Source: Octopus bimaculoides (Eukaryota). Taken from it: a stretch of DNA of 53,218 nt. The stretch's first letter is position 1; each line of letters starts with the position of its first letter. The notes under the pieces were generated by a model. It saw only the letters and a list, made by a program, of their open reading frames with translations. It had not been told where the DNA came from and ran no database searches. Both the position numbers and the translations under genes were made by a program. This document shows, piece after piece, positions 49,585 to 53,218 of the stretch. The stretch is from NCBI RefSeq assembly GCF_001194135.2, contig NC_068990.1, positions 40,819,427 through 40,872,644 of the forward strand, read 5' to 3'.

Positions 49585-52115
49585 GGAGATTAAGATAAAG
49601 CAAGAGAGAACTACAAAGTGAGAGTGAGTAGGAGTGGGAGGAGAAGAGACACTCCGTAGGTAGTCCATTGAACTGACGCTATGAAATTTTCAAGTTGAAT
49701 GTAAAATGAAAAGGAGTTAGAGAGGTTGCCATTGTATATTTTTTTATAGCTTATACATCTTACTAAATTAATATACATACCTAAATATGATTGTGTGCTA
49801 ACTCACACGCGCTCTCTCTCTCTCTCTGGTATATATATACATGGATGTATTTGTGTACGTACGTAGATATGTTTATACTCAAGATAACACATACACAAAC
49901 ATAGAATATATATGTACTCAATTATAATCAACCCACTATAATCATGTACATGTACGCAGCAGCACACATATACATACAATGAGCAAACATACGAATACAG
50001 ACAATCACACACCCTCACAGGTATATAGTTTAGAATGTAACGTACACAAATATCACATAATCTCGAATACACGGCATAAGCGTGTGTGTCTGAGTGTGTT
50101 TATATATGTGTGTGCATGTGAGGGTTTGTGTCTTTATATATATATATCTGTATATGTGTATACATATATTGGTATGCATGCATGTTGTATGAGTACATGA
50201 TACGTAAATATAGGTACATAAACATAACTGAACGCATACAGGATGCATAAATGTATATGAAATAATAAGCATAAACGCACGCACACACACACACACACAC
50301 ACTCACATACACACTCACACACACGCACACAAAGATATACACATGTCTGAATTATACACCGTTATTTCATTGCAATTAAAATATCCAACACTATTACAGG
50401 TATTTTTACTATTCTTTCGAAATGTTTCTGTTGTTACTGCTGAGAATGAGAAGTGTGTTTGCAGAACTGGTAGAGCGTTGTGCTGATTGTATTATAGAGT
50501 GTATTCTCGTCCTACGAGGTTGCCGTTTTCAAGTCCCGTCCGAGGCTATTTTTGCTTTCTTAAATCTATGTTCAATCGGTAGAAAATGCGTAGCGTGGGA
50601 ACAAAGTATATAATTTTAACGCAGTCAAAAAGAGCTTTTTTGTTTTTATCTCGTACATATGATATTAACACCAACAGTAAAATGGAAGAAAAGCTTCTTT
50701 GCCGCAGTTAAATCTGTATCTCAGGTTTCTTACTTCAAAACCCCCTACGGTTGATCTTTTTGTTTTTAGTTACAATACGTATGATACAATAAGAACAATT
50801 AATATTCTACATTTATTTCAATTGACGGTATATTTTACATTCTAAAACTGACTGGTACCAAATCTAAAGAAACCAATGTTATGGCTTTCAGTTCTTATGG
50901 AGTATTGTGTAATAGAAAATGAGCTTCTGCCAGCTGCGGCTACTGCAATTTTGTTGAAGACGTCATTATAAAACAATCTGCTTCGCCAAAATGAAGCATA
51001 TCCTTTTTATATATATTGGACTAAAAATAATAAAAATTAAATCATCATATACATCCACCTTCGCGGAATCCTTCGTAATTTAGTAGTTATCTACAAATAT
51101 ACATTTCTTATGTGCTATTAGGTAGATTAGTCTACACTTGTTATTATTCGCACTTCACAATGAGTTTAATTCTCAGAAAACGAAACAGAAAGAGATTATT
51201 ATAAATTTGGCTTTGAGACCAAATTAACCGTTTTCTAAAGGCTTCTCAACTTCTGTTTGAAGAATTTGAAGTCAGATTTAGAAGCATAGGTACCATGCTT
51301 GATGTGATTGTGGTGGTCATTGCATTGTTACACCCGAAAATGGCAGATACTTACAGTTGATTGGATCCAACCAGATATAATTAAGGTTGAATATAAAACA
51401 GTGCATCAATTTATCGATACTAATCCTAGGCAACTAATTATTTCATCGACCTCAGAAAAAAATAAAACTTAATTTTAAAAGGCGTAAAGAAATATCACAA
51501 GGTGTATTATCAAAACACTTTCTATAATAATGATAGATAAATTCTGTCTGTCCGTCTGGGACCCCTGTATATTTGTCTATATTTGCTTTACGTAGACATA
51601 TTATACCTTTTTGGAATCAGAATGATTCTAGGACTGAAAATCTGGCCATCATTTGGTTCTTGAACATCCTGCATTGGGATCTGATTTAAAAGCATTTAGG
51701 TCGTTATTTGTAGCAAGCAAAGCTTGACTAATTCACGCCATCTTGGTTGGCGTTTGTCAGATTATGTCAGAGATCAAGGGGGAGATAAATGACATTCGCT
51801 TCGTTAATCTTACGATAAAAACTTTGAGAAAATTGGCCATTAGTTGGAATTCAACCTGGGACTGGAACAATAGAATTATTGCATTACAGAATTAATTCTC
51901 ATCCGTCCATGACCTCTGATCAAACACCTCCGGGACATATAGTCATTATAGACGTATAATAGTCATGGTATTTAGCTCTCTTCAGTTTGGGGCTGCAGGC
52001 GCAATTAGACCTCCGCAGGGGCTGGCACAAACGTCTGCATGAAGTGCGACTTTTAAGCTAGTATTTTATAAAAGGCAGCGTCATTATATGTTTTATTGTA
52101 AACAACTGCCATGAA

Positions 52116-52326
52116 AATAATAGTTCCAAATTTTGGCACAAGGATGCGGGTCAAGTCTTTTACATCGACCTTAGTACTCAACTGGTACCTATTTCACCGA
52201 CCCTAAAATGAGGAAAGGCAAAGTCGACCCCGGCGGCAATTGAACTCAGAACGTATAGAGCCGGAATAAATGCCGTGAAGATTTCTGATCGGCATATTAA
52301 ACGATCGTCCCAGCTCGTCGCCTTAA
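52116..52326 (-). mobile_element. SINE family C copy
   Basis: GGCACAAGG..ATCGACC..AGTACTCAACTGGTAC..GGCAAAGTCGACCCCGGCGG.AATTGAACTCAGAACG..CTCGTCGCCTTA. Confidence 0.8.
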
Positions 52327-53182
52327 CTAATATGGAGATAATGTGATATTTACTTAATCTTCGATGTCAGACTTGAGATGTTTGATCGTTTACGTCGAGT
52401 TTCTATTACCAAACAGAAAACTGTGCAGCTGTGATCTTTGGTATTAATGAGTAGCTATGGGTGTTCATTTCTGTTGAGTTTTAAGTCATATTTTGCAATG
52501 AATGTAGCGTCCAGACTTATCTATCTAGATCCTTCTTGTTTTAAAATTCTACATAAGATTATAAATTTTTCAACTTGGGCTATTTTACATTTCGATATGC
52601 GTTGCAATGTCTGTTTGTTGTCGATGCATGGTCAGCGGACGAGATACTGCAATTGAAGTGTAAGACTTATGAAGTATACAATTTCCATACATTCATCTGA
52701 ATTTACAAATTACATTAGTTAAGTGAATTTTGTTTGGTTGCATGCTGGTTTATGGTTTGTTGTCGATGAGATTTTTAATTTTCGTGGTCTTTTAATATAT
52801 GATTATTTCTAGTTTATGATTGGGAGTAATGCATGTTGTATTCTATTTAATGGGATTTTGGGATGATAAAGCTTTCATCTATTCTATAACCAGGAAGCGT
52901 TTTGTTTATATGTAACACAATTCTTGCGTTGTATGTTTACGTTTTCTATGCGTTTTTGTAATTATTGCGTTGGTTTTGTTTCTATATTGCTGTATAATTT
53001 AGACTGCTAAATTATTTCAATATCCATTATTAATTAACATTTGTTTTATCCTTTAATTCCTTAGTAGTCTCTGCTGCTTTTAGGGATAATCTAAAAGCCT
53101 TTTCAATGAAAATGCTATAATGTATGTTATATACATATACTTTCAAAAACATAAATACGTTCACAACCGTTTATATATATAC

Positions 53183-53218
<36 letters not shown>

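Overview
AT-rich, microsatellite-dense eukaryotic DNA with many N gaps. The SINE content resembles octopus (inference from a tRNA-Arg-derived, OR-like SINE and the repeat style; not verified by search). There are no prokaryotic features and no host protein-coding gene I can call with confidence; most ORF-track entries are microsatellite or N-gap artefacts. The window is mainly transposon relics: at least three multi-copy SINE families, a rearranged Penelope-like element (PLE; RT plus GIY-YIG), a CR1-type LINE, Tc1, maT (DD37D) and mariner relics, two TA-flanked MITEs and a tRNA-like pseudogene. The best finding is an apparently intact type I hammerhead ribozyme (34791-34868) with an unusually long stem II and a self-complementary stem III. 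It sits in a ~580 bp non-coding fold-back insert that interrupts a SINE. A second, decayed hammerhead lies at the 3' end of the PLE. A low-confidence two-exon small-gene candidate lies at 11.2-12.8 kb. All alignments and folds were done by hand, so coordinates of degenerate elements are approximate.
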